A stretch of 64,000 nt of DNA from an uncultured Gemmatimonadales bacterium (GTDB lineage: Bacteria; Gemmatimonadota; Gemmatimonadetes; Palauibacterales; Palauibacteraceae), in assembly GCA_963783385.1 (NCBI GenBank), contig CAWANJ010000001.1, positions 224,001-288,000 of the forward strand, in the 5' to 3' direction. Under the pieces are notes generated by a model that was not told the origin of the DNA, made no database searches, and worked only from the letters and a program-made list of their open reading frames with translations. The position numbers and the translations under genes were made by a program. Shown here one piece after another: positions 1 to 12,448 of the stretch; within the stretch, counting starts at the first letter, position 1; every line of letters starts with the position of its first letter.

Positions 1-458
1 TCGGGACACGGAACTCCTTCCTCGTCCGACTCCAGCTCCTCGGCCGACCACACGGCCCCGCACTCCGGGCACACCCGCCGGGCGCTCAGACGCCGGATGA
101 GTTCCTCTTCGGGGACCTGGAGGTCGACCACGGCGTCGAGCGACTCGCCGCGGCGTTCCAGCACGTCCCCCAGCCCTTCGGCCTGGGCCTCCGTGCGCGG
201 AAACCCGTCCAGGATGAACCCCCTCGAGGCATCCGCGCCCCGGAGCGTCTCGTCGATCAAACCGAGGATAACCTCGTCGGGGACGAGCTCCCCTGCGTCC
301 ATGTAGCGGCGAGCCCTCTCCCCCAGCTCGGTGCCCGCCCTGCGGGCCTCGCGCAGCATGTCACCGGTCGAGAAGCGCGGAACTCCGAGCCACTCGGCCA
401 GCCGAGCGCCCTGGGTTCCCTTGCCCGCGCCGGGTGGACCCATGAGGACCAGCCTCAT
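1..458 (-). CDS. adk: adenylate kinase (5' part; runs off the window)
   Basis: Manual translation from the ATG at 458 gives MRLVLMGPPGAGKGTQ (P-loop), STGDMLR, GFILDGFPR and a CPECG LID motif; follows secY. Confidence 0.95.
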   Translation of the reverse strand, partial: MRLVLMGPPGAGKGTQGARLAEWLGVPRFSTGDMLREARRAGTELGERARRYMDAGELVPDEVILGLIDETLRGADASRGFILDGFPRTEAQAEGLGDVLERRGESLDAVVDLQVPEEELIRRLSARRVCPECGAVWSAEELESDEEGVPCP

Positions 459-459
459 C

Positions 460-1824
460 CTACATGTACCGCTGTCGTGCCCGGTACTTCACCCGACCCT
501 TCTTCATGAAGCCCTCGTAGTGACGGAGCAGGAGGTGCTGCTGCATCTGCTGAACGGTGTCGAGCGCCACCCCGACGACGATCAGGAGCGAGGTACCCCC
601 GAAGAAGAACGTCTTGATGTCGAAGGCCGAGAAGATCCAGAAGGGCATGATCGCGATGAGAGCCAGGTACACGGCCCCGGGAAGCGTGATGCGCGTAAGC
701 ACCCGGTCGATGTACTCGGCCGTCTGGGTGCCGGGCTTCACCCCCGGGATGAAGCCGCCCTGCTTCTTGAGATTCTCCGCCAGGTCGATCGGGTTGAAGA
801 TGATCGACGTGTAGAAGTAGGTGAAGAAGATGATCAGGATGCTGTAGGTGATGTAGTACCAAGCTGTTCCGGGCTGGAAGGTCTGGCTGAGCGTGTACAG
901 GATGCCCGACACGCCCGTCGTCGCTATGCCCTGCCCTCCCGTGAACGCGTACAGCGTCCCCGGAACGATGATGATCGATTGGGCGAAGATGATGGGCATC
1001 ACCCCGGCGGAGTTCACCCGCAAGGGAATGAACGACTTCTGTCCCTCGCGCACCCTGCCCCGCCCGACCACCTTCCGCGGGATCTGGACGGGGATCCTGC
1101 GGGCCGCCATCGTCAGCGCGACCACGCCGGCCACGATGCCGACCATGACCGCGGCCAGGGCGATCAGCTTGAACAGGCTGATTCCGCCGGCCCGCCACAG
1201 CTCCAGCGTGCTGGCCACGGCGCCCGGGAAGCGCTGCAGGATCGAGAAGAAGATCAGGAGCGACATGCCGTTTCCGACGCCGCGCTCGGTGATCTGCTCG
1301 CCCAGCCACATGACGAACACGCCGCCGGTGGTGAGCATGAGGATCGTCTGCAGGCGAAAGCCCCAGCCCGGATCCAGAACGGCCCCGGCCTGCGACTCCA
1401 GGAAGATCGCGTAGCCATAGGCCTGCATCACACACAGCGCCACCGTCACGTACCGGGTCCACTGCGTCAGCTTGCGGCGCCCGTCCTCCCCCTCCTTCTG
1501 CATCTTCTCGATGGTGGGGAAGACCGCGGCGAGCAGCTGGAACATGATGCTCGCCGAGATATACGGCATGATCCCCAGGGCGAACACGGTGGCCCGCTTG
1601 AGCCCCCCGCCGACGAACATGTCGTAGATGCCGAACAGGGTGCCCTGGAACTGGCCGGCCAGCTGCTCGAGCGCCACGACGTCGACGCCCGGAACGGTGA
1701 TGTGCGCGCCCAGCCGATAGACGGCCAGGCACAAAAGCGTGAAGAGGATCTTGTCCTTGAGCTCCGGAACCTTGAACAGGTTGGGGATCGCTTCGGCGGC
1801 CTTCAGACGGGAGGAAGAGGCCAT
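460..1824 (-). CDS. secY: preprotein translocase subunit SecY
   Basis: 454 aa; LGIMPYISASI, GEQITERGVGNGMSL and FGGTSLLIVVGVALD motifs. Confidence 0.99.
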   Translation of the reverse strand: MASSSRLKAAEAIPNLFKVPELKDKILFTLLCLAVYRLGAHITVPGVDVVALEQLAGQFQGTLFGIYDMFVGGGLKRATVFALGIMPYISASIMFQLLAAVFPTIEKMQKEGEDGRRKLTQWTRYVTVALCVMQAYGYAIFLESQAGAVLDPGWGFRLQTILMLTTGGVFVMWLGEQITERGVGNGMSLLIFFSILQRFPGAVASTLELWRAGGISLFKLIALAAVMVGIVAGVVALTMAARRIPVQIPRKVVGRGRVREGQKSFIPLRVNSAGVMPIIFAQSIIIVPGTLYAFTGGQGIATTGVSGILYTLSQTFQPGTAWYYITYSILIIFFTYFYTSIIFNPIDLAENLKKQGGFIPGVKPGTQTAEYIDRVLTRITLPGAVYLALIAIMPFWIFSAFDIKTFFFGGTSLLIVVGVALDTVQQMQQHLLLRHYEGFMKKGRVKYRARQRYM

Positions 1825-1825
1825 G

Positions 1826-2290
1826 CTAGTCGAGCACCTCGACCTGACCGCCGGCGGCCTCGATCTTCTGCCGCGCCGAGGCGCTGAACGCGTGCGCCCT
1901 CACCGTGAGGGATCGCTCCACCTCACCGATGCCGAGGATCTTCACCCGACGCGACGACGAGCCGATCAGCCCGCGCGCCTCGAGCTCGGCCGGTCCGATG
2001 TCGGTCCCGTCCACGAGCGCCAGCTCCCGAACGTTCACGACCTGGTTCTCGACCCGGTTCGGGTTGGTGAAGCCGCGCTTGGGGACCCTACGGTACAGGG
2101 GCATCTGGCCGCCTTCGAACCAGGTGCCGATCTCCTTGGCCCCGCCGCTCCGGGCCCTCTGGCCCTTGTGTCCGCGACCCGACGTCTTGCCGCGCCCTGA
2201 ACCCGGACCGCGGCCCACGCGTCGCGTGGAGTGCTGCGACCCGTCGGCCGGACTCAGGTTCTCGAGGCCCACGTGCTCGTGATCAGCCAT
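1826..2290 (-). CDS. rplO: 50S ribosomal protein L15
   Basis: RVGRGPGSGRGKTSGRGHKGQ and FEGGQMPLYRRVPKRGF. Confidence 0.99.
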   Translation of the reverse strand: MADHEHVGLENLSPADGSQHSTRRVGRGPGSGRGKTSGRGHKGQRARSGGAKEIGTWFEGGQMPLYRRVPKRGFTNPNRVENQVVNVRELALVDGTDIGPAELEARGLIGSSSRRVKILGIGEVERSLTVRAHAFSASARQKIEAAGGQVEVLD

Positions 2291-2480
2291 TGTTTCCGTC
2301 GATCTCCTCGACCTCGATCAAGTGCGACACCTTTCGGAGCATGCCCCGAATGGACGGCCCGTCCTCCTTCACCACTTCATCCTGGTGATGGCGGAGCCCG
2401 AGCGCCTCGAGGGTACGACGCTGTCGACCCGGCGCCCCGTTTCCGCTGCGCACCTGTCGGATGCGGAGCTTCTTAGCCAC
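2283..2480 (-). CDS. rpmD: 50S ribosomal protein L30
   Basis: 65 aa, LRIRQVRS...TLEALGLR...[11 protein letters not shown]; spc operon position. Confidence 0.97.
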   Translation of the reverse strand: MAKKLRIRQVRSGNGAPGRQRRTLEALGLRHHQDEVVKEDGPSIRGMLRKVSHLIEVEEIDGNNG

Positions 2481-2988
2481 GCATGGCCTCCCGGATCACC
2501 TCGACGTCGACCCCGCGCTCGTAGGCCGCCTGCTCGGGCGTGACCAGGCTGGTGAGCCCCTGCATCGTGGCACGCACCATGTTGATCGGGTTGTTCGACC
2601 CCAGGCTCTTGGTGAGGATGTCCTGGTAGCCCGCGCACTCCAGAACGGCGCGCACCGGCCCGCCCGCGATAACTCCGGTCCCCGGCCGTGCCGGCTTGAG
2701 AAGGACCTTGCCGGCTCCGAACGCTCCCACGATCTCGTGCGGAACGGTACCCTTCCCGATCGGCACCTCGACCATGGTCTTCTTGGCCTGATCGATCGCC
2801 TTTCGGATGGCCTCTGCCACCTCGTTGGCCTTGGCCAGCGCGGTCCCGACCCGGCCCTGACCGTCGCCCACCGCGACCAGGGCGGTGAAGGAGAACCTGC
2901 GTCCTCCCTTCACCACCTTGGACACGCGGTTGATGTCGATCACGTTCTCGCGAAGGTTCTCGCCTTCGTCGCGTCGCCTCTTCGCCAC
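2473..2988 (-). CDS. rpsE: 30S ribosomal protein S5
   Basis: [20 protein letters not shown] and GTGVIAGG. Confidence 0.99.
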   Translation of the reverse strand: MAKRRRDEGENLRENVIDINRVSKVVKGGRRFSFTALVAVGDGQGRVGTALAKANEVAEAIRKAIDQAKKTMVEVPIGKGTVPHEIVGAFGAGKVLLKPARPGTGVIAGGPVRAVLECAGYQDILTKSLGSNNPINMVRATMQGLTSLVTPEQAAYERGVDVEVIREAMRG

Positions 2989-3018
2989 CGTACCTCTCAG
3001 CTCACCGTTTACACGCGA

Positions 3019-3396
3019 TCAGAATTCGAGGCCGCCCTCGCGGGCGCCCTCGGCGAAGGCCTTCACCCGACCGTGGTACGGGAAGCCGCCGCGGTCGAAC
3101 ACCACGCGCTCGATGCCGACCTCCTTCGCACGCCGGGCCAGGAGACGGCCCGCCGCGAAGCTCGCCGGGAAAGCGACCGCATCCTCCGGCATGACCTCCG
3201 CCACCTCGGGAGACCGGGTGGAGGCTCCCACCAGCGTCACGCCCCGGTCGTCGTCCACGACCTGGCCCTCGATGTTCCGGTGGCTGCGAGCCACGACCAG
3301 GCGCGGCCGCTCCGCGGTTCCCCGTACCTTTCTCTGGATACGCGCGTGGCGCCGGGCACGCCGCCGCCGACGCTCCATCACCCTGTCCGTCGCCAT
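3019..3396 (-). CDS. rplR: 50S ribosomal protein L18
   Basis: GTAERPRL and VVFDRGGFPYHGRVKAFAEGAREGGLEF. Confidence 0.99.
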   Translation of the reverse strand: MATDRVMERRRRRARRHARIQRKVRGTAERPRLVVARSHRNIEGQVVDDDRGVTLVGASTRSPEVAEVMPEDAVAFPASFAAGRLLARRAKEVGIERVVFDRGGFPYHGRVKAFAEGAREGGLEF

Positions 3397-3440
3397 CCTC
3401 GCCTCTCCTCCGTATGCCTGTCTGCTCGATCCGGGGGCGC

Positions 3441-3989
3441 CTACAGCGTGCCGCTGACGGCCGCCTTGCCGGCCTTGCGGCGGACCTGTTCGCCCACGTA
3501 CCGGATTCCCTTGCCCTTGTAGGGCTCCGGAGGCCGGACGTGCCGGATCTCGGCGGCGACCTCGCCCACCGTCTGCTTGTCGGCCCCGTTCACGTGAATC
3601 AGGGTGGGGCTCTCGAGCTCGATCTCGATGCCTTCGGGCACGTCGAACTCGACGGGGTGGCTGAACCCGACGTTGAGCACGAGGTTCCGTCCCCGCTTCT
3701 CCCCGCGGTAGCCGACACCCTGGATCTCGAGCGAGCGCCGGAACCCCTCGGTGACCCCCTGGACCATGTTGGCGATCAGGCTCCGTGTGAGGCCGTGCAG
3801 GGCCCGGTGCCGCGCCTGGTCCGTCGGGCGGCGCACCACGAGCTCTCCGTCCGTCACCTCGATCTGCATGTCCGGATCGAACCGCTGCTCGAGATCGCCC
3901 CTGGGGCCCTTCACGGACACCGTCGAGCCGTCCACCCGAACCTCGACGCCATCGGGGATGACCACCGGCAGCCTACCCACTCTCGACAT
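3441..3989 (-). CDS. rplF: 50S ribosomal protein L6
   Basis: MSRVGRLP...[13 protein letters not shown]. Confidence 0.99.
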   Translation of the reverse strand: MSRVGRLPVVIPDGVEVRVDGSTVSVKGPRGDLEQRFDPDMQIEVTDGELVVRRPTDQARHRALHGLTRSLIANMVQGVTEGFRRSLEIQGVGYRGEKRGRNLVLNVGFSHPVEFDVPEGIEIELESPTLIHVNGADKQTVGEVAAEIRHVRPPEPYKGKGIRYVGEQVRRKAGKAAVSGTL

Positions 3990-4003
3990 CGTCGCTCCCC
4001 GCT

Positions 4004-4402
4004 CTAGTAGACGCGCGCCAGGACTTCGCCACCCACGCGCTGGCTGCGCGCCTCCCGGTCGCTCATCACGCCCCGCGAGGTGGAGAGGATGGAGATCCCG
4101 AGGCCCGATCGAACCTTGGGGATCGAGTCCGCCGCCACGTAGCGCCGCAGCCCGGGCCTCGACACGCGCTCCACGGCCCGGATCACGGGACGGTCTTCGT
4201 CCGTGTACTTCAGGTACACCCTCAGCACGCCATGCCGGCCGTCATCCAGGACCTTGAAGTCGTGGACGAAGTGGTTCTCCTTCAGGACGCGGGCGATCTC
4301 GATCTTCAGCTTGGAGATCGGCATGTCCACCCGGCGGTGTCCCGCCCGGCACGCGTTCCTGACCCGGGTCAGCATGTCCGCGATAGGATCGTTCAGACTC
4401 AT
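4004..4402 (-). CDS. rpsH: 30S ribosomal protein S8
   Basis: [20 protein letters not shown] and GGEVL. Confidence 0.99.
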   Translation of the reverse strand: MSLNDPIADMLTRVRNACRAGHRRVDMPISKLKIEIARVLKENHFVHDFKVLDDGRHGVLRVYLKYTDEDRPVIRAVERVSRPGLRRYVAADSIPKVRSGLGISILSTSRGVMSDREARSQRVGGEVLARVY

Positions 4403-4406
4403 CGCG

Positions 4407-4592
4407 TCACCAGCTCGCCTTCCTGACGCCGGGGATCTCCCCGCGCAGCGCCAGCTCCCTGAAGCACAGCCGGCACAGCCCGAACTTGCGCATGAATGCG
4501 CGAGCCCGCCCGCACCGGTTGCACCGGTTCTTTCCGCGGGTGCTGAACTTCGGCTCCTTCCTCGACTTCTCGATCAGCGCTTTTCTCGCCAT
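4407..4592 (-). CDS. rpsN: 30S ribosomal protein S14, short zinc-binding type
   Basis: 61 aa with CNRC...CRLC. Confidence 0.98.
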   Translation of the reverse strand: MARKALIEKSRKEPKFSTRGKNRCNRCGRARAFMRKFGLCRLCFRELALRGEIPGVRKASW

Positions 4593-4644
4593 GAATTCCT
4601 TTCGGGTCCTTCCGGATCGAACGGTCCGCCCGTGGCCTCGTGCC

Positions 4645-5220
4645 TCACACCACGACCGGCGTCTCGCCCCTGAACGGCATTCCCAGCTCCCGAAGGAGCA
4701 CGAGCCCCTCGTCGTCCTTGTCGGTCGTCGTGACGAAGGTGATGTCCATGCCGTACACCTTGACCACCTCGTCGACGTCGACCTCGGGGAAGATCAGCTG
4801 CTCCTTGACCCCCACCGTGTAGTTGCCGCGGCCGTCGAACGACCGGCTGTTGAAGCCCCTGAAGTCACGAATTCGCGGCACCGCAGTGCTGATGAAGCGG
4901 TCCAGGAATTCGTACATGCGGCTCCTGCGCAGGGTCACCTTGATCCCGATCGGCATGCCCTCGCGCAGGTTGAAGTTCGAGATCGACCGCTTGGCCCGCG
5001 TCACGATGGGCCTCTGCCCCGTCACCAACGCCAGCTCGTGCTGGGCCGCCTCGAGCAGCTTGGGATCGTCTTTGGCGTCACCCAGTCCCGAGTTGAGCAC
5101 GATCTTGTCCAGTCGCGGAATCTCGTGCGGGTTCTCGAACCCGAACGTCTCGCGCAACCGGTCGCGCACCTGGGACTCGTAGTGTTCGTGCAGCCTCGCT
5201 CTGCTCATCCTGCCCATCAC
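4645..5220 (-). CDS. rplE: 50S ribosomal protein L5
   Basis: [18 protein letters not shown] and FDGRGNY; start could be 5220, 5217 or 5208. Confidence 0.98.
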   Translation of the reverse strand: MMGRMSRARLHEHYESQVRDRLRETFGFENPHEIPRLDKIVLNSGLGDAKDDPKLLEAAQHELALVTGQRPIVTRAKRSISNFNLREGMPIGIKVTLRRSRMYEFLDRFISTAVPRIRDFRGFNSRSFDGRGNYTVGVKEQLIFPEVDVDEVVKVYGMDITFVTTTDKDDEGLVLLRELGMPFRGETPVVV

Positions 5221-5266
5221 TCTATGGTTACCGGGAAGCTGGCTCCCGTGGTCCGAACGCCGCAGC

Positions 5267-5599
5267 TCACGGCGTCGGGATCGGCTCCCCGCACTTCTTG
5301 CAGATGCGCTCGACCGTCCCGTCGGCGTCGCGACGACGACCCGCCCGCGCCGCCTCGTCGCAATGCGGGCAGACGAGCAGGACGTTGGACGCGTCGATGG
5401 GCGCCTCGAAGGTCACGATTCCGCCCTCGGGGTTCTGGGGCGAGGGACGCTGGTGCCGCTTTCTCATGTTGACGCCGTCCACGACCACGCGCCGGCGAGA
5501 TGGGATGGCGCGAATGACCTGACCGCGCGCCCCCCGGTAGTTGCCGGCGATGACCTCCACTCGATCGCCCTTGCGGACGTGCAAAGACTTCCCAGCCAT
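5267..5599 (-). CDS. rplX: 50S ribosomal protein L24
   Basis: [10 protein letters not shown] (KOW motif) and EAPIDASNV. Confidence 0.98.
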   Translation of the reverse strand: MAGKSLHVRKGDRVEVIAGNYRGARGQVIRAIPSRRRVVVDGVNMRKRHQRPSPQNPEGGIVTFEAPIDASNVLLVCPHCDEAARAGRRRDADGTVERICKKCGEPIPTP

Positions 5600-5606
5600 G
5601 TCTTCC

Positions 5607-5975
5607 TCAGATCACTTCCGGAGCCAGCGACACGATCTTCATGAACTGCTTGTCCCGGAGCTCTCGCGCCACCGGGCCGAAGATGCGCGTCGCACGAGGC
5701 TCTCCGGCGTCGTTGATGAGCACGGCGGCGTTCTCGTCGAACCGGATGTAGGTCCCGTCCGCACGTCGGTTCTCCCGTGCCGTCCGCACGATCACGGCCC
5801 TGGCCACTTCGCCCTTCTTCACCTGGCCGCCCGGGATCGCGTCCTTGACCGTCACGACGATCACATCCCCGAGGCCCGCATAGCGGCGCTTGGAGCCGCC
5901 CAGGACCCGGATGCACCGGGCCCGGCGCGCCCCGGAATTGTCCGCGATGCGGACGTCGGTCTCCTGCTGGATCAT
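5607..5975 (-). CDS. rplN: 50S ribosomal protein L14
   Basis: MIQQET...ADNSGAR...[10 protein letters not shown]. Confidence 0.99.
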   Translation of the reverse strand: MIQQETDVRIADNSGARRARCIRVLGGSKRRYAGLGDVIVVTVKDAIPGGQVKKGEVARAVIVRTARENRRADGTYIRFDENAAVLINDAGEPRATRIFGPVARELRDKQFMKIVSLAPEVI

Positions 5976-5991
5976 CGCTCCGCCCTTCCGT

Positions 5992-6276
5992 CTACTCGGG
6001 CCGCTCGAGAAGCTCGACCACCCGCCAGCGCTTCTGCTTCGACAGCGGCCGCGTCTCCTCGATGCGGACCACGTCGCCCTCCCGATATTCGTTCGCCTCG
6101 TCGTGGGCGTAGAACCTGGAGTGGCGGGTGATCTGCTTCGTATAGAGCCGGTGCGCGAATTGACGCTCCACCGAGACCACGACCGTCTTGTCCATCCGGT
6201 CGCTCACGATGGTGCCGACCCGCACCTTGCGACGTCCCTCCGGACGCGCCTCGCTCTTGACTGCCTCTTCGCTCAT
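5992..6276 (-). CDS. rpsQ: 30S ribosomal protein S17
   Basis: [10 protein letters not shown] and [11 protein letters not shown]. Confidence 0.99.
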   Translation of the reverse strand: MSEEAVKSEARPEGRRKVRVGTIVSDRMDKTVVVSVERQFAHRLYTKQITRHSRFYAHDEANEYREGDVVRIEETRPLSKQKRWRVVELLERPE

Positions 6277-6343
6277 CCTCGTCCTCGTCGGTGCTGTTCG
6301 GGCCGCGACGCTGGCCGCTCGGACCGCGCCCTCCCGGTCCGGC

Positions 6344-6565
6344 TCACTCCGTTCCCTCCGCCGCGCCCGCCGTCTCCGCCAGGCGTCGCTCGTGACGGAT
6401 CGTCTTCAGACGCGCGACGTCTCGCCGCAGCTGTCTCAGCAGGATCGGGTTCTCCAGCTCCTGGTAGGCTTTGCGGAACCCGAGCCGGAAGATCTCCCGC
6501 TCCGCCTCCGCGATCCTCTCCACGATCTGGTCGTCCGTGAGCTCCCGGATCTCGCTCGCCTTCAT
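6344..6565 (-). CDS. rpmC: 50S ribosomal protein L29
   Basis: [10 protein letters not shown]...[10 protein letters not shown]. Confidence 0.97.
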   Translation of the reverse strand: MKASEIRELTDDQIVERIAEAEREIFRLGFRKAYQELENPILLRQLRRDVARLKTIRHERRLAETAGAAEGTE

Positions 6566-6569
6566 CGCC

Positions 6570-6980
6570 TCAATCCTGCCGTTCCATGAAGCGCGTCTTC
6601 AGCGGGAGCTTGGCCGCGGCCAGGTCCATCGCGCGCTGCGCCACCTCGGCCGACACGCCCTCGAGCTCGAAGATCACGCGTCCGGGCCGCACGACCGCCA
6701 CCCAGATCTCGGGGTTGCCCTTCCCCTTCCCCATCCGGACCTCGGCGGGCTTCTTGGTGAGCGGCTTGTCGGGGAAGATGCGGATCCAGACCTTGCCGCC
6801 GCGCTTGATGTGACGCGTCATCGCCACGCGCGCGGCCTCGATCTGCCGGTTCGAGATGCGTGCCGGCTCGATCGCCTGGAGACCGTAGTCCCCGAACGCC
6901 ACCGTGTTGCCACGCGTGGCCTTGCCACGCATGCGGCCCTTCTGCTGCTTCCGGTACTTGACCCTGCTGGGCTGGAGCAT
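6570..6980 (-). CDS. rplP: 50S ribosomal protein L16
   Basis: [16 protein letters not shown] and RMGKGKG. Confidence 0.99.
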   Translation of the reverse strand: MLQPSRVKYRKQQKGRMRGKATRGNTVAFGDYGLQAIEPARISNRQIEAARVAMTRHIKRGGKVWIRIFPDKPLTKKPAEVRMGKGKGNPEIWVAVVRPGRVIFELEGVSAEVAQRAMDLAAAKLPLKTRFMERQD

Positions 6981-6995
6981 GCTTCCCCCCGGCGC

Positions 6996-7664
6996 CTAGC
7001 GGCCGCCACCGGCCGTGTAGGTCTGGCCACGGCGGTCCTCGACCACCTCGCCCTTGAAGATCCAGACCTTCACCCCGATGGTGCCGAACGTCGTCTTGGC
7101 CGTCTTCTGTGCGTAATCGATGTCCGCGCGGATGGTGTGCAGCGGCACGCGGCCTTCGTGGTATCCCTCGGTACGGGCGATCTCCGCGCCGCCCAGCCGC
7201 CCGGCACACTGGATCTTGATGCCCTCGGCGCCGGCGCGCATGGCGTTCTGGACCGCGCGGCGCATGGCGCGGCGGAAGCTGATCCGCTGCATGAGCTGGT
7301 GCACCACGTTGTCCGCCACCAGGTGCGCATCCGTCTCGGGACGCTTGACCTCCTCGACGTTGATGGACACCTCGGCGTCCGTGAGCAGCGCGAGCTCGTC
7401 CCGGAGCTTGTCGACCTCCGAGCCGCCCTTGCCGATGACCACGCCGGGCCTGCCGGTGTGGATGTTCACGACGATCTTGGACGGCTTTCGCTCGATCTCC
7501 ACCGTGGACACGGCGGCGTGGCCCAACCGCGCGTGCAGGTACTTACGGAGCGTCTCGTCCTCGGCCAGCAGCTCGGGAAACTCGTCCCCCTGGGCGAACC
7601 AGCGGGATTTCCAGTTCTTGATGTGGCCGAGCCGGAACCCGTACGGGTGTGTCTTCTGACCCAC
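6996..7664 (-). CDS. rpsC: 30S ribosomal protein S3
   Basis: GTG start at 7664 gives [13 protein letters not shown]; KH domain [10 protein letters not shown]; [10 protein letters not shown]. Confidence 0.98.
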   Translation of the reverse strand: MGQKTHPYGFRLGHIKNWKSRWFAQGDEFPELLAEDETLRKYLHARLGHAAVSTVEIERKPSKIVVNIHTGRPGVVIGKGGSEVDKLRDELALLTDAEVSINVEEVKRPETDAHLVADNVVHQLMQRISFRRAMRRAVQNAMRAGAEGIKIQCAGRLGGAEIARTEGYHEGRVPLHTIRADIDYAQKTAKTTFGTIGVKVWIFKGEVVEDRRGQTYTAGGGR

Positions 7665-7666
7665 GC

Positions 7667-8017
7667 TTACTCCTTCGTGTCCACGACGACCGTGACGTGG
7701 CTCGATCGCTTGCGGATCGGGGTGGCCCGTCCGAACGCGCGGGCCTTCCACCGCTTGAGGGTGGGGCCTTCGTCCACGAAGGCCTCCCTCACGTACAGCT
7801 CGTCCACGTCGAGCACCTCGCCGTCCTGGTCCGCCTTGTAGACCGCGTTGGCCACGGCCGAGCGAAGCACCTTGTCGATGGGCTCGGAGGCGGCCTTCTT
7901 CGAAAAGCGGAGGATGCCGTACGCTTCGTTGACGTTCTTGCCACGGATGGCGTCGATGACCAGCCGCATCTTGCGCGGCGACATCCCTACGCCCCTGGCG
8001 ATAGCTCGTGCTTCCAT
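7667..8017 (-). CDS. rplV: 50S ribosomal protein L22
   Basis: [20 protein letters not shown]...GPTLKRW; alternative start at 8026. Confidence 0.97.
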   Translation of the reverse strand: MEARAIARGVGMSPRKMRLVIDAIRGKNVNEAYGILRFSKKAASEPIDKVLRSAVANAVYKADQDGEVLDVDELYVREAFVDEGPTLKRWKARAFGRATPIRKRSSHVTVVVDTKE

Positions 8018-8046
8018 GGCCCCCATGGCGCTCTCCCCTCGAATCC

Positions 8047-8334
8047 CTACAGGACCGCCCGGCGGTCCTTGGCCATGCGGCCGCCGTGTCCGCGGAACAG
8101 GCGGGTCGGTGCGAACTCCCCGAGCTTGTGCCCGACCATGTTCTCGGTGATGTAGACGGGGATGAACTTGTTGCCGTTGTGTACGGCAATCGTGTGGCCC
8201 ACGAACTCGGGGCTGATGGTGGACGCCCTGGACCACGTCTTGATCACCCGCTTGTCTCCGGACTTGTTCATCCGCTGCACCTTGAGGAGCAGCTTCTCAT
8301 CGATGAACGGTCCCTTCTTGACACTTCTGGGCAT
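8047..8334 (-). CDS. rpsS: 30S ribosomal protein S19
   Basis: [10 protein letters not shown]...[11 protein letters not shown]. Confidence 0.99.
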   Translation of the reverse strand: MPRSVKKGPFIDEKLLLKVQRMNKSGDKRVIKTWSRASTISPEFVGHTIAVHNGNKFIPVYITENMVGHKLGEFAPTRLFRGHGGRMAKDRRAVL

Positions 8335-8349
8335 GGCTCTCCGTCCCGC

Positions 8350-9192
8350 CTACTTCGTACTCTTGCCGCGACGCCGTCCGCGGACGATGTACTGGTTGCT
8401 CTTCTTGTTCCGGTCCCGCGTCTTGGTGCCTTCCGGCTTGCCCCACGGTGTGACCGGAGGCCGACCGCCGGACGTGCGGCCCTCGCCGCCGCCGAGCGGG
8501 TGGTCGATGGGGTTCATGGCCACGCCCCGCACCTTGGGACGGCGGCCCATCCAGCGGCTGCGTCCCGCCTTCCCCCACGTCACGAGCTCGTGGTCCACGT
8601 TGCCGACCTGGCCGATGGTGGCGCGGCACTCGCCGCGGACCATGCGGACCTCGGTGCTCGGCAGCTTGAGCGTGACCATGTCGCCCTCGCGGGCCACGAC
8701 CTGGACGCCGGTCCCGGCCGAACGCGCCATCTGCGCACCCTTGCCGGGAACGAGCTCGACCGCGTGCACTGTGGTGCCCAGGGGCACCTGCGAGAGCGGC
8801 AGGTTGTTCCCCACCCGGATCTCGACGCCCCGCCCCGACACGATCTCGTCGCCCACCCGGAGATCGCGCGGATGGACGATGTAGCGCTTCTCCCCGTCCG
8901 CGTAATTCAGGAGGGCGATGCGCGCCGAGCGGTTCGGATCGTACTCGATCTCGGCCACCCGTGCCGGCACGCCATCCTTGTCCGTCCGGCGGAAGTCGAT
9001 CTTACGATAGCGCCGCTTGTGGCCTCCGCCGCGGCGGCGCATCGTGATATGCCCGTTATGGTTGCGGCCAGCCTTCTTCGACAGGCCCTCCGTGAGCGAC
9101 CGCTCCGGCTCGGTGCGGGTGACCTCGTCGAAGGTCGAGACAGACCGGAACCTCCGGCTGGAGGTGACGGGCCTGAACTTCTTGATCGGCAT
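8350..9192 (-). CDS. rplB: 50S ribosomal protein L2
   Basis: [17 protein letters not shown] and [17 protein letters not shown]. Confidence 0.99.
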   Translation of the reverse strand: MPIKKFRPVTSSRRFRSVSTFDEVTRTEPERSLTEGLSKKAGRNHNGHITMRRRGGGHKRRYRKIDFRRTDKDGVPARVAEIEYDPNRSARIALLNYADGEKRYIVHPRDLRVGDEIVSGRGVEIRVGNNLPLSQVPLGTTVHAVELVPGKGAQMARSAGTGVQVVAREGDMVTLKLPSTEVRMVRGECRATIGQVGNVDHELVTWGKAGRSRWMGRRPKVRGVAMNPIDHPLGGGEGRTSGGRPPVTPWGKPEGTKTRDRNKKSNQYIVRGRRRGKSTK

Positions 9193-9197
9193 CCTTC

Positions 9198-9491
9198 TCA
9201 GACTCCCTCGTAGACGTCGATCGAGTCGCCATCCGCCAGCGTGACGAGGGCCTTCTTCCAGTTGGCCCTCCGTCCCAGCGCGTACCGGACACGCCGCTTC
9301 TTGCCCGCCATGTTCATCGTGCGGACATCCACGACTTTGACCTCGAACAGCTCCTCGACGGCCCGGCGGATCTCCGGCTTGGTAGCGTCCGCCGCCACCT
9401 CGAACGCGTACCGGTTCTCATCGAACTGGAGCCGCGTGCTCTTCTCGGTGATGATCGGTCGGATCACGATCTTCTCAGCCGAGCGCTGCAT
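9198..9491 (-). CDS. rplW: 50S ribosomal protein L23
   Basis: PIITEKS and WKKALVTL. Confidence 0.98.
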   Translation of the reverse strand: MQRSAEKIVIRPIITEKSTRLQFDENRYAFEVAADATKPEIRRAVEELFEVKVVDVRTMNMAGKKRRVRYALGRRANWKKALVTLADGDSIDVYEGV

Positions 9492-10153
9492 CAGGACTCC
9501 TCCTCGCTACCGGCCTCGTCGGGCGTCGCTCCGCCCTCGTCAGCCGCACCTTCCCAGGCGCCTTCCTCCACGACCAGCACGTCGGCTCGCAGGAGGTCGT
9601 ACGCCGACGCCTCGCCCCAGGGCTTCACTTCCACGCCCGGGATGTTGCGCGCCGACAGGTACAGGATCCGCTTGAGCCCGTCGGTCAGGAACAGCACCCT
9701 GCGCTCGCCGATCCCCATGCCCTCGAGCAGGGCCGTCACCGTCCGCGTCCGGGGGCTGTCCAGCTCCAGCGGAGCCATCACGAGGAGGTTGCCCTCCAGG
9801 GCACGGGCGTTGAGAGCCGACTGGATGGCCAGTCGGTTCAGCTTCTTGGGCACCCGCTTGTCGTAGCCCCGGGGCTGCGGCCCGAAGGTGACCACCCCGC
9901 CCCGCCACAGCGGCGAGCGGATCGTCCCCTGCCTGGCCCGACCGGTGCCCTTCTGCCTCCAGGGCTTCCGACCGCCTCCCGAGACGGTCGCGTACGTCCT
10001 CGTCGAGGCGTTCCCCTGCCGCTGGTTCGCACGGCGCGCCGTGATCACCTGGTGCAGGACGCCCTGGTTCACGGTCCCGTCGAACAGCGCTTCGGGAAGC
10101 TCCACGGGACGCGAGCGCTCCTCGCCGTCCGCCGTATATGCCTTTGCCTTCAT
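9491..10153 (-). CDS. rplD: 50S ribosomal protein L4
   Basis: KPWRQKGTGRARQG and FGPQPR. Confidence 0.99.
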   Translation of the reverse strand: MKAKAYTADGEERSRPVELPEALFDGTVNQGVLHQVITARRANQRQGNASTRTYATVSGGGRKPWRQKGTGRARQGTIRSPLWRGGVVTFGPQPRGYDKRVPKKLNRLAIQSALNARALEGNLLVMAPLELDSPRTRTVTALLEGMGIGERRVLFLTDGLKRILYLSARNIPGVEVKPWGEASAYDLLRADVLVVEEGAWEGAADEGGATPDEAGSEEES

Positions 10154-10207
10154 GCCCTCACGTCCTTCGCCCCGCGGCTCTGCTCACGGCGGCGAGCCTT
10201 CGGCCTC

Positions 10208-10831
10208 TCACGTCGCACGGATCAGCACGATGTTGTTGCGTGCACCCGGGACCGCCCCCCTGACGAGGAGCAGGTTCTTCTCCGGGTCGACCTTCTCGAT
10301 GCGCAGGTTGAGGACCGTGCGCTGCTTGTGGCCCATCTGCCCGGCCATCTTGCGGCCCTTGATCACCCGCGAGGGGTCGGTGCCCGGCCCGATCGAGCCG
10401 GGTGCGCGCAGGATGGAACTCCCGCCGTGCGAGCCGCGGCCTCCTCCGAAGCCGTGCCGCTTGACGACGCCCGCGAACCCGCGGCCCTTGGTCCGACCCG
10501 AGATCTTGACCCGCTGTCCCGGCTCGAACATCTCCACCGTGAGGACCTGGCCGGCCTCGTACTCCTCGCCCTCGTCCGGCTCGAACTCGGCCAGCACCCG
10601 GGGCACGTAGTCGAGCCCCGCCCGGGCGGCGTGTCCGGCCTCGGGCCTCTTGACGCGCCGGTCCTTCTTGCGGCCGAAGCCCAGCTGGAGGGAGGCGTAG
10701 CCGTCTCGCTCCGCGGTCTTCACCTGGAGAACGGGACAGGGGCCGGCCTCGAGGACCGTGACGCCCACCGCCTCACCGCTCTCGGTGAAGATCTGGGTCA
10801 TGCCGACTTTCTTGCCGATCAGTCCTGGCAT
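10208..10831 (-). CDS. rplC: 50S ribosomal protein L3
   Basis: [24 protein letters not shown] and VRGAVPG. Confidence 0.99.
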   Translation of the reverse strand: MPGLIGKKVGMTQIFTESGEAVGVTVLEAGPCPVLQVKTAERDGYASLQLGFGRKKDRRVKRPEAGHAARAGLDYVPRVLAEFEPDEGEEYEAGQVLTVEMFEPGQRVKISGRTKGRGFAGVVKRHGFGGGRGSHGGSSILRAPGSIGPGTDPSRVIKGRKMAGQMGHKQRTVLNLRIEKVDPEKNLLLVRGAVPGARNNIVLIRAT

Positions 10832-10835
10832 GCGG

Positions 10836-11147
10836 CTAACTCTGCACCTTGATTTCCACGTCCACGCCCGCCGCCAGGTCCAGCTTCGTCAGCGCATCGA
10901 TCGTCTGCGGCCTCGAATCGTGGATATCGATGAGCCGCTTGTGCGTCTTGAGCTCGAACTGCTCTCTGGCCTTCTTGTCCTTGTGGGGACTCTTGAGGAC
11001 CGTGAACAGCTGGCGGCGCGTGGGGAGCGGGATGGGCCCGCTCACGCTGGCACCGGTCTTCTCGGCCGTGCGCACGATGTCGGCGGCGGTCTGGTCGATC
11101 ACCGCCGGGTCGAACGCCTTGAGCCGGATACGAATCTTGTCAGCCAT
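10836..11147 (-). CDS. rpsJ: 30S ribosomal protein S10
   Basis: [17 protein letters not shown] and REQFE. Confidence 0.99.
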   Translation of the reverse strand: MADKIRIRLKAFDPAVIDQTAADIVRTAEKTGASVSGPIPLPTRRQLFTVLKSPHKDKKAREQFELKTHKRLIDIHDSRPQTIDALTKLDLAAGVDVEIKVQS

Positions 11148-11189
11148 GACTGTCCTGTCCTTCGGAGGAGCGTCGCACGAAGTGCGGCA

Positions 11190-12386
<1,197 letters not shown>

Positions 12387-12448
12387 CGGAAGGCTCCTCT
12401 ATCCCTTTCGTTCTCTTCTCGTACCGGCGCGTCCGGGAGGCGTGACCC